From the NCBI GenBank assembly GCA_029939675.1, contig JAOZSM010000005.1, positions 1 to 34,334 of the forward strand: 34,334 nucleotides of DNA, written 5' to 3'. The notes beneath the pieces are model-generated. The model saw nothing but the letters and a program-made list of their open reading frames with translations. It was not told the DNA's origin and searched no databases. The stretch comes from Fidelibacterota bacterium (GTDB lineage: Bacteria; Fidelibacterota; UBA8477; JABMPR01). A program made the translations under genes and the position numbers. Of the stretch, positions 25,959 to 32,807 are shown piece after piece; position 1 is the stretch's first letter, and every line of letters begins with the position of its first letter.

Positions 25959-25973
25959 TCAAGTTCCATGCCA
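25959..25973 (-). promoter_or_regulatory. Sigma-54-like -24/-12 element (TGGCAT-N5-TTGA) upstream of fliS
   Basis: The minus strand reads TGGCATGGAACTTGA and ends 22 nt before the fliS ATG. It has the same TTGA -12 variant and the same close geometry as the element upstream of flgB. Confidence 0.3.
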
Positions 25974-26071
25974 GTCTCAGGGGTCAACTCCTGATCAGGA
26001 CAAAACCCCTTGGAATCGTTGCTGTCATTGGTCTAAACTTCCATGAGGTTTAAGACAAGGTTTACAAAGTC

Positions 26072-26114
26072 AAAAAACAATGAGGCTGGATAGGAAAGCA
26101 TTTCCCATCCAGCC
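26072..26114 (-). terminator. Rho-independent terminator of flagellin gene 1
   Basis: A 14-bp stem with one mismatch (GGCTGGATGGGAAA-tgc-TTTCCTATCCAGCC on the minus strand) is followed by TCATTGTTTTTTG. It lies 18 nt after the flagellin stop. Confidence 0.8.
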
Positions 26115-26131
26115 ATCATTATTGCCTTCCT

Positions 26132-26953
26132 TTAACGGAAGAGAGAGAGTACTACTTGTGGGGCACTGTTTGCCTGAGCAAAGGATGAGATAGCGGTCTG
26201 CTGAAGAATCTGCAGCTTCATCACTTCCATTTGTTCCTTGGCAAAGTCAGCATCCTCTACAGATGAACGGATCGCTTCTGTATTGGTAGATGCCACAGAG
26301 AGAGACTGTTCCTTGGAAGACAGTCGGACTTTGTATTCACCAACATCCTGGATCTTACTAGCAAGGGAATCGATGGCTGTACTAACAGTTGCGATAGCGC
26401 TACTGGCACCATTTGCACTAGCCAGTGAAATCGAATTGATAGACAGTTCAGCAGAATCTGCATCACCAAGACTAATAGTCAATTCATCCGTGGCACCTTC
26501 ACCAGTGTGAAAAGCACCACCATAGGTACCATCGATCAAGCTAGAGCCATTGAATGTGGTTTCTCCGACAATATCGTCAATTTCATCAATCAGAGCATTG
26601 ACCTGATCATCAATAGCGGTTCTCTGGGTGTTAGACAATGAATAATCAGCAGCCTGAGTTGCTTTTTCTTTGACTGTCTGGAGAATATCCATGACATTCT
26701 GATAACCACCTTCAGCTACATTCAAAACGTTCTTAGCTTGACTTACATTCTGTAAGGCAACATCTAAACCACGTTTTCTGGTCTCCAAGCTACGGGCTAA
26801 TTGATAACCGGCTGGATCGTCTGCAGCAGAGTTGATCTTTTTGCCTGTTGCCAGACGCATTTGGTGCGTTGCCATCTTATCACTGATGTTGGCCAGTGAA
26901 TTCATGTTCTGCATCGCTTGAATGTTCGAGTAAATCCTCGTTAGCTCACTCAT
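26132..26953 (-). CDS. Flagellin (short, 273 aa), paralog 1
   Basis: Conserved flagellin N-terminal D0/D1 (RLATGKKINSAADDPAGYQLARSLETRKRGLDVALQNVSQAKNVLNVAEGG) and C-terminal D1/D0 (EDADFAKEQMEVMKLQILQQTAISSFAQANSAPQVVLSLFR). There is essentially no hypervariable domain. Confidence 0.93.
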   Translation of the reverse strand: MSELTRIYSNIQAMQNMNSLANISDKMATHQMRLATGKKINSAADDPAGYQLARSLETRKRGLDVALQNVSQAKNVLNVAEGGYQNVMDILQTVKEKATQAADYSLSNTQRTAIDDQVNALIDEIDDIVGETTFNGSSLIDGTYGGAFHTGEGATDELTISLGDADSAELSINSISLASANGASSAIATVSTAIDSLASKIQDVGEYKVRLSSKEQSLSVASTNTEAIRSSVEDADFAKEQMEVMKLQILQQTAISSFAQANSAPQVVLSLFR

Positions 26954-26959
26954 TTGGAA

Positions 26960-26990
26960 CCTCCTTGTTTAGAGATGGGCATCCTTGCCC
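26960..26990 (-). promoter_or_regulatory. CsrA-type translational control leader of flagellin 1 (GGA hairpin plus GGA-containing SD)
   Basis: The minus strand reads GGGCA-AGGA-TGCCC (26990..26977), presenting AGGA in a tetraloop. ACAAGGAGG (26968..26960), overlapping the SD, lies 10 nt downstream. Confidence 0.6.
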
Positions 26991-27070
26991 ACATTGACGG
27001 TATCGTTGTTACGGTTTCAGGCTCCGTCACTACCTCATATAAAACCGTATTCAAAAAACCTTCTTCCCAA

Positions 27071-27096
27071 ATATCGCCAGTAACAGACAAACCTTA
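27071..27096 (-). promoter_or_regulatory. Sigma-28 (FliA/SigD)-type promoter of flagellin 1
   Basis: The minus strand reads TAAG-N14-GGCGATAT against the consensus TAAA-N14/15-GCCGATAT/AA. The predicted leader is about 110 nt. Confidence 0.55.
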
Positions 27097-27536
27097 GTTT
27101 TCGGTGTAAATACAGGCTTCAACGCCAATCAGCAAAAAGGATTTATAGATGAACAGGAAGATTTAATATTGTTGTGATTGATTGATGTATTATTCATCAA
27201 AAACGAAATGGATCAATAATATTCAATAAAATACAATAAAATCCAGTAATACAGTTGTACTATACTATAAATTCAACTACATCCATACTGTGTAATACTA
27301 ATTAGTGTCTGTCTATAAAGTTGCTGTTTCCAAAAACGTAAGAAACCATTGAAATGGTTACAAGCATCCTTAAGTGCATAGCAGCCCACGATTTAAAAGG
27401 CTGTGTAAAAACAGGTCTCAACCCGTTTTCACACAGCCAAATCTGGTGGATGTTTCGCAATCCCTGGGTTAAAACCCGAGGCTACTGAGAATAATAACAC
27501 CAAGATACATCGATTAGTTTCTATATTTTCCAGATC

Positions 27537-27561
27537 GTCACCCCGAGCGAAGTCGAGGGGC
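27537..27561. repeat. REP-like GC-rich imperfect hairpin motif (GTCACCCCGAGCGAAGTCGAGGGGC)
   Basis: CCCC...GGGG arms surround GAGCGAAGTCGA in an otherwise AT-rich spacer. It resembles short REP-like palindromes that I recall from other, unrelated genomes. There is only one copy in the window. Confidence 0.35.
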
Positions 27562-27610
27562 TATAATGTTGTTTTATGAACATGATTGACAAACTTCGTA
27601 TTGTTTTTTT

Positions 27611-27651
27611 AAAAAAAAGAGCCCCCGATAATTATCGAGGGCTCTTTTTTT
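27611..27651 (-). terminator. Strong bidirectional Rho-independent terminator
   Basis: A8-AGAGCCCCCGATAA/TTATCGAGGGCTCT-T6: a 14-bp stem with one mismatch, flanked by an A-run and a T-run. It lies 20 nt downstream of the HTH gene stop. Confidence 0.85.
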
Positions 27652-27670
27652 AATGATTGCAGTTAAAAGT

Positions 27671-27862
27671 TTACAGCTTGAGATCCTTTAGTTTTTCTGT
27701 CAGTATCTCATCAAACATCCGGTCCAAATGGTCTTTTTTAACCTTCCATTGGCCACCTAGCTTCAATCCGGGAATCTTTCCCTGTTGAACCAGGCGATAA
27801 ACAGTCTGCTCCTTAATTTTCAAATAACCTGCAACATCTTTGATACTCATAAAGTCGTTCAT
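27671..27862 (-). CDS. Small excisionase-family (MerR-superfamily) helix-turn-helix DNA-binding protein
   Basis: It has the typical motif MSIKDVAGYLKIKEQTVYRLVQQGKIPGLKLGGQWKVKKDHLDRMFDE. The start is set at ATG 27862 (MNDF..), which has a GGAGG SD 5 nt upstream. The track start at 27874 has no SD. Confidence 0.75.
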   Translation of the reverse strand: MNDFMSIKDVAGYLKIKEQTVYRLVQQGKIPGLKLGGQWKVKKDHLDRMFDEILTEKLKDLKL

Positions 27863-27889
27863 GGTCGCCTCCATTCACAATTCAGAATC

Positions 27890-27915
27890 AGGGGAGGATT
27901 TGTTTAACCTCCCCT
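27890..27915 (-). terminator. Hairpin immediately 3' of flagellin gene 2 (weak terminator or mRNA-stabilising stem)
   Basis: A perfect 8-bp stem AGGGGAGG-N10-CCTCCCCT lies 13 nt after the flagellin stop. It is followed by only a weak U-tract (GATTCTGAATTG), so read-through into the HTH gene is plausible. Confidence 0.45.
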
Positions 27916-27927
27916 ACTTCGTGCTAT

Positions 27928-28749
27928 TTATTTGAAAAGTGAGAGAACGACCTGGGGTGCCGAATTGGCTTGAGATAAGGATGAAACTGCCGTCTGCTGC
28001 AAGATCTGCAGCTTCAACACTTCCATCTGTTCCTTGGCAAAATCAGCATCTTCGATAACACTTCGAGTGGCCTCGGTATTCGTTACCGCGACTGAAAGTG
28101 TTCTCTCCTTGGTAGCCAGGCGAACTTTATACTGACCGACCTCCTGAATCCGGGCAGCAAGCGTGTCAATAGCACTACCAACAGTTGATATTGCACTGCT
28201 AGCACCATTCTCAGATGTCAGACTGATATTACTAATACCCAACGAACTTGAATCACCTTCGCCCAGGGATATCAATAGCTGATCGTTGGCTCCTTCACCG
28301 GTGTGGAAGGCACCATTATAATTACCATCGATCAGACTATCCCCATTGAAAGTGGTTTCACTAACAATATCATCAATTTCAGTGGTCAATGCTAAAACCT
28401 GCTCATTAATAGATGATCGCTGGTTGCTGGACAGCGAATAGTCAGCTGCCTGGGTTGCTTTTTCTTTGATGGTCTGGAGAATATCCATAATATTCTGATA
28501 ACCACCCTCTGCCACATTCATGACATTCTTGGCCTGACTTACATTCTGCAGGGCTGCTTCCAAACCCCGACGGCGAGTCTCAAGACTCTTCGAAAGTTGG
28601 TACCCTGCCGGGTCTTCCGAAGCGGAGTTGATCCGCTTTCCAGTTGCCAAACGCAATTGATGCATACCAATCTTCTGGTTGATCACACTCAGTGAGTTCA
28701 TCGACTGCATGGCTTGGGTATTGGTGTAAATTCTCATCAGGTCACTCAT
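27928..28749 (-). CDS. Flagellin (short, 273 aa), paralog 2
   Basis: It is colinear and gap-free against paralog 1, with roughly three quarters of residues identical by eye. It shares the same D0/D1 blocks and ends QANSAPQVVLSLFK. Confidence 0.93.
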   Translation of the reverse strand: MSDLMRIYTNTQAMQSMNSLSVINQKIGMHQLRLATGKRINSASEDPAGYQLSKSLETRRRGLEAALQNVSQAKNVMNVAEGGYQNIMDILQTIKEKATQAADYSLSSNQRSSINEQVLALTTEIDDIVSETTFNGDSLIDGNYNGAFHTGEGANDQLLISLGEGDSSSLGISNISLTSENGASSAISTVGSAIDTLAARIQEVGQYKVRLATKERTLSVAVTNTEATRSVIEDADFAKEQMEVLKLQILQQTAVSSLSQANSAPQVVLSLFK

Positions 28750-28756
28750 TTTGAAC

Positions 28757-28788
28757 CTCCTTGTTTAAACGGTGACATCCTTGTCACC
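28757..28788 (-). promoter_or_regulatory. CsrA-type translational control leader of flagellin 2
   Basis: The minus strand reads GGTGACA-AGGA-TGTCACC (28788..28771), followed by ACAAGGAGG over the SD. The stem sequence differs from that of paralog 1, but the AGGA loop and the spacing are conserved. Confidence 0.6.
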
Positions 28789-28879
28789 TATCACGATCTT
28801 TATCTCTCTAGTGGACTGTGATCGTTGTCAGCCCGGTCCGTGTTTTATAAATTTCAATAAACTTCAACACTCCCCACTA

Positions 28880-28907
28880 CTATCGGGAACTCATTCACTT
28901 TCTTTAA
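28880..28907 (-). promoter_or_regulatory. Sigma-28 (FliA/SigD)-type promoter of flagellin 2
   Basis: The minus strand reads TTAAAG-N14-CCCGATAG, that is TAAA-N15-CCCGATAG against the consensus TAAA-N15-GCCGATAA. The predicted leader is about 120 nt. Confidence 0.65.
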
Positions 28908-29151
28908 TCTTTTTGAGTATTATTTAATATTATTTGATAATATTTATGAATATCCGATAACTTATCACTACATATCTGATTCCGATAATATGCCCTTCTA
29001 TCTGTTTGTATTGTATTTATCCCATATCATCGCTTTAATCTTTCGTATGAAAGTAATAATTATCAATTACCTATACTCTAGCATGGGAACCAGAGAATCT
29101 ACAGAGAATATGGAGACATATTGGCAACTTGAACAAATCCGGCATTACATT

Positions 29152-29173
29152 GCGCCTCTGCGTGCGAGAGGGA
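29152..29173. repeat. Inverted, diverged copy of the CCTCTCGCA...CGCAGAG motif found in the 51-bp repeats at the window end
   Basis: The plus strand reads GCGCCTCTGCGTGCGAGAGGGA; its reverse complement is TCCCTCTCGCACGCAGAGGCGC. Compare TTCCTCTCGCAGAGACGCAAAGCCGCAGAG at 34122.. and 34231... It forms a CCTCT/AGAGG hairpin. Confidence 0.4.
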
Positions 29174-29283
29174 CTTTTTGCGGGGGCGTCAAACTTGTCA
29201 AACAGAAAAATATTTTGAATATAATAAACACCTTAGAAGTGAATATGGTATAACACTATATTGGCGCGCTTGTTTTTGAATTA

Positions 29284-29880
29284 ATGATATGGGAAAAGTT
29301 AGATCTCTTTATGAAAATACTGGTTGTAGATGATATAAAATATAATGGCATATTGGTTGTCAATGAATTGGAACGTTCAGGACACAATGTTGTTTTTGTC
29401 CTCTCCGGGATGGAAGCATTACGCGAACTCGCCACCAAAGGGTCTAATTTCGATCTGGTTATCAGTGACCTGATGATGCCTGGAATGGATGGACTGACTT
29501 TTTTTAAGAATACAACTAACCTGCCACAGTATAAGGACAATGCGCTCAAAACTCTGCCCCCCTTCATTCTACTGACCGCTTCAACTGATGTAAATCGTTT
29601 GGTTGAAGCTAAAATGGCTGGATTTTCAGATATTTTATTAAAACCTTTGGACAAGAACCGATTACACCAATCAATCGATTCAATTGAAACCCAGCAGGTA
29701 ACCTTTGAACGAACTCTGGCTCAAACCCTGGATTCCGTAAAAGAAATGATCGGCCAAATAAAAACCAGGGGAAATCTGGAAGCCGCAAAAACTACCGCTG
29801 GCTACCTGCAAGTCATGGTTAGCGATCTGTACACTTATGTTGAACAAGAGGATCCGGATGACACATTTATCGCAGAGTAG
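29284..29880 (+). CDS. Response regulator receiver protein with an unassigned ~70-aa helical C-terminal tail
   Basis: REC motifs are KILVVDDIKYNG, LVISDLMMPGMDG, LLTAS and LLKPL. The start may instead be the ATG at 29314 (MKILVVDD). Confidence 0.8.
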   Translation: MIWEKLDLFMKILVVDDIKYNGILVVNELERSGHNVVFVLSGMEALRELATKGSNFDLVISDLMMPGMDGLTFFKNTTNLPQYKDNALKTLPPFILLTASTDVNRLVEAKMAGFSDILLKPLDKNRLHQSIDSIETQQVTFERTLAQTLDSVKEMIGQIKTRGNLEAAKTTAGYLQVMVSDLYTYVEQEDPDDTFIAE

Positions 29881-29889
29881 GTTTAAACT

Positions 29890-30369
29890 ATGAAAATCAA
29901 CTGGAAACAAACCTTGGCAGTACGTTATTTTGGTTTTACAAAAATCCCCTTGATCCTCTTTGTTAGACCACGAATTCATATCCTGAATCAAGAACGTTGT
30001 GTTATCAGTATCCCCCTCAGACGCCGCACAAAGAATCACCTAAACAGCATGTATTTTGGCACATTGGCAGTCGGAGCTGATCTGGCTGGTGGCTTGCTGG
30101 CTATGGAATTAATTTCGAAAAGTAATCAAAAGATCAGTCTTGTATTCAAGGATATGCAGGTCAATTTCTTGAAACGAGTGGAAGCTGATGCTCAATTTAC
30201 GTGTCAGGATGGGGATAAAGTCAAGGCTCTGATCGAGCAGGTCGTAAGTACAGGTGAACGTCATCATGAAACGATCAATATTCAGGTAACTGCCCCGGAT
30301 AAATATGGTGATGAGCTCCTGGCAGATTTTTTCCTGACTGTGTCGCTAAAGAAAAAGGACACCGTTTGA
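29890..30369 (+). CDS. Hotdog-fold thioesterase-like protein (DUF4442/PaaI-like)
   Basis: 159 aa. The segment NHLNSMYFGTLAVGADLAGGLLAM resembles the conserved core of DUF4442/PaaI-type hotdog proteins. It is coupled to the upstream response regulator gene by a 9-nt gap. Confidence 0.45.
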   Translation: MKINWKQTLAVRYFGFTKIPLILFVRPRIHILNQERCVISIPLRRRTKNHLNSMYFGTLAVGADLAGGLLAMELISKSNQKISLVFKDMQVNFLKRVEADAQFTCQDGDKVKALIEQVVSTGERHHETINIQVTAPDKYGDELLADFFLTVSLKKKDTV

Positions 30370-30528
30370 TTGGTGTCCGTCCTTAAAATACCTGTTTCGC
30401 GTAATCCGACAAACCGTTAAAACGGTTAATATTTCTCCTAAACATCTGGTAACCCACAACTTAAGTCGTGGGATGCTGATATTTGCTTAAGCCTAATAAC
30501 GGTTTATTATTGAGTATATAGACAGCCG

Positions 30529-32181
30529 CTAATCACTCTTTTGAGTGAGAATGGTTTTCAGCTCTGTTCGAGAGGCTAAAAGTTCGATTGTTTTGAGAAC
30601 AACTGGGTCATGTTGCAACGAAGCAGCCACTCTGGCACCGTTTCCTCCAATCACATTGGCAAGCTCTGTTTCTAATCCACTCAGTATCTGAAGTCTATTC
30701 TGGTTGATCTCTTCCTGTTGTTGAATGGTCGCCAAGGCTTCCAGCTCAGTGCGCAGTGAGTTCATTTTATTAAATATTGTACTGTTTGAGTCGACCACAC
30801 CACCACTTTTACTGATCCAACGTTCCAGCTCACTCAAGGGAAGTAGATCTTGATTTTCCATCCAATGATAAAAACTATCCACCTGACTTTCGGCAAAGTG
30901 CATTGGTAAAGAAAGTCCTGGATGAGTTTCTTCGTAGTTCAGAGCATACCTGAAGAAAAGTCTTTTCCGCCATAGCTTTCTCTCCAGACGGCTCATGGTA
31001 AGATCTTCTACTTCCAAATCAGGAGTAACACCGCCTCCAGCTTCAAATCTACGATGATTCCCTGAGTAAAAAGCGTTGGTCTCCGTGGTGAGCAAATCCT
31101 CATAAATAACATCGGTGGCAATTTCTCGCTTTTGGATCAAACGTCCGCTGGGCAAATAATACTTCGCAGTGGTCAGCTTCAACCGAGTTTCTGGAGTAAG
31201 ACGCGTGACAGTTTGGACCAGACCTTTTCCAAAGGTCGATTCACCAATAACAACCGCACGATCATAGTCCTGCAAAACACCAGAAAGGATCTCGGAAGCT
31301 GAAGCCGATCCTCCATCAACCAGAATGGCCAAAGGCAGATCAGGGGCAACAATGGGACGCCGTCGAGCATGGTATTTTTTATTCGATTGATTAACCCGCC
31401 CTCTGGTTTCCAATAACAAGGCATCTTTATCAATAAAAAGGTCAGCACTCATCAATGCGGCACTCAATAATCCACCTGGATTACCCCTTAGATCAATAAT
31501 AAGACCATTTAAGTGCACTCGATTTAGTTTGCGGATGGCTTTTTCAAGATCTTCAGCTGAGAATTTGGAGAAGTTTGATAGTTTAACATACCCCATGCGA
31601 TCTTCTAAAAGACCAGAATAGCTCACATCAGGAACTTTGATCAATTCTCGTTCAAGTTCAAAAGTAATTAATTCCGCTTCACCTTCGCGCTTGATGAGCA
31701 ACTTTAATAGAGTCCCCTTTTTACCCCGAACCAGTCTGGCCGCTTTGTTCAGATCCAATTTTCTAGTCCAGATCGAGTCGATCTTGATGATTCTGTCACC
31801 GGCGTGAATCCCCTGCCGGAATGCCGGCGTCCCATCCATAGGTGAAATGACAATAAGAGAGTCATTCATCCGTCCCAGATGCATCCCCACGCCCCCGTAC
31901 TCGCCTTTTGTGATGGCGTCAAGGCGGTATGAATTATCGTCATTGATGTGTTGTGAATAAGGATCCAATTCCCTGAGCATGCCGCTGATGGCTGCATTTG
32001 ACAATTTTTCAGGATCAATCTCAGCAACATAGCGATTCAGAATAGTCTGATATACTTTTTTGATGGCACTTTCACCATCGACCCGTTCTGTGTTGGATTG
32101 TGTGTACAGACTTGCCGCCCACAAAGTGAGCATAAGCAAAGCTAATATTGGAAGAGAACCGTGGCGATACTGCATGTTCAA
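30529..32181 (-). CDS. ctp: S41-family carboxy-terminal processing (tail-specific) peptidase with PDZ domain
   Basis: 550 aa with an N-terminal signal/TM segment (LPILALLMLTLWAASLY). The PDZ region is GGVGMHLG...ISPMDGTPAFRQGIHAGDRIIKID. S41 motifs are IIDLRGNPGGLL and ILVDGGSASASEILSG...GESTFGKG. Confidence 0.9.
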   Translation of the reverse strand: MNMQYRHGSLPILALLMLTLWAASLYTQSNTERVDGESAIKKVYQTILNRYVAEIDPEKLSNAAISGMLRELDPYSQHINDDNSYRLDAITKGEYGGVGMHLGRMNDSLIVISPMDGTPAFRQGIHAGDRIIKIDSIWTRKLDLNKAARLVRGKKGTLLKLLIKREGEAELITFELERELIKVPDVSYSGLLEDRMGYVKLSNFSKFSAEDLEKAIRKLNRVHLNGLIIDLRGNPGGLLSAALMSADLFIDKDALLLETRGRVNQSNKKYHARRRPIVAPDLPLAILVDGGSASASEILSGVLQDYDRAVVIGESTFGKGLVQTVTRLTPETRLKLTTAKYYLPSGRLIQKREIATDVIYEDLLTTETNAFYSGNHRRFEAGGGVTPDLEVEDLTMSRLERKLWRKRLFFRYALNYEETHPGLSLPMHFAESQVDSFYHWMENQDLLPLSELERWISKSGGVVDSNSTIFNKMNSLRTELEALATIQQQEEINQNRLQILSGLETELANVIGGNGARVAASLQHDPVVLKTIELLASRTELKTILTQKSD

Positions 32182-32807
32182 CTATCCAAAAGCTGGTATA
32201 CCCGGGAAGCAATCGTGCTTTTTAATTCCTCAATACTTTTACGACCGTCAAGTACCAGGAATCGAGCGGGTTCTTCGCTGGCAAGTTTCAAATAGCCGTT
32301 TCTGGTTCTTTGCTTAAACTCAGCATTTTCAGCTTCCAAGCGATCCAACACCCGATCATCCATCCGGTCCTCGGCTGTTTCCAGAGGTGTATCAACCAGA
32401 ATTGTCAGATTGGGACGCACCTCTCCTATAGCCACATCAGCCACCTTCTGGATACTGCTCAATGGTAGACTACGACCGTAGCCCTGGTAAGCAATAGTAC
32501 TATCCACAAAGCGATCCAACAAAACGATCTCACCTTTATCCAGTGCTGGCGTGACCTTTTCAGTAATCAATTGATTGCGACTGGAAAAGTAGAGCAACAT
32601 CTCAGTAATAGGACTCATTTCAGTATTGTTTTTATCTAACAGGATATCCCTGATCTTCTCAGAGATTCCAGTCCCGCCTGGTTCACGAAAAAGATGAACG
32701 ACATAGCCTCTATCCAGAAGATCATGATAAAGCATCTTACATTGGGTCGATTTTCCAGACCCATCGATACCTTCAAAACTTATAAATAATGGTCGAGAGG
32801 TTTTCAT
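32178..32807 (-). CDS. tmk: Thymidylate kinase (dTMP kinase)
   Basis: 209 aa with the P-loop FISFEGIDGSGKSTQ, EPGGT, DRF..S..AYQG and a lid region. It overlaps both neighbouring genes by 4 nt. Confidence 0.92.
   Translation of the reverse strand: MKTSRPLFISFEGIDGSGKSTQCKMLYHDLLDRGYVVHLFREPGGTGISEKIRDILLDKNNTEMSPITEMLLYFSSRNQLITEKVTPALDKGEIVLLDRFVDSTIAYQGYGRSLPLSSIQKVADVAIGEVRPNLTILVDTPLETAEDRMDDRVLDRLEAENAEFKQRTRNGYLKLASEEPARFLVLDGRKSIEELKSTIASRVYQLLDS

Noticed and set aside
27671-27874. Excisionase-family HTH gene, considered as a marker of a prophage or integrative element
   Set aside because: There is no integrase, recombinase or phage gene, and no flanking direct repeats in the window. 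The gene lies between two chromosomal flagellin paralogs. It is treated as a stand-alone regulator candidate instead.
28953-28988. Two plus-strand TCCGATAA motifs (28953.. and 28981..) resembling sigma-28 -10 boxes
   Set aside because: No TAAA -35 element lies at the required 14-16 nt spacing; the sequences there are TTGA and TTAT. No plus-strand gene starts within about 300 nt. They are probably incidental in AT-rich DNA.
28990-29253. 87-aa plus-strand ORF in the spacer between the flagellin-2 promoter and the response regulator gene
   Set aside because: It lies in AT-rich promoter DNA and has no SD. The peptide is low-complexity and hydrophobic (MPFYLFVLYLSHIIALIF...), and the ORF spans the repeat motif at 29152..29173. 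It is most likely a chance ORF.
30357-30378. Hairpin GGACACC-N8-GGTGTCC spanning the stop codon of the hotdog-fold gene, considered as a terminator
   Set aside because: No U-tract follows on the plus strand (GTCCTTAAAATACC). It may still be structural, but it does not meet intrinsic-terminator criteria.
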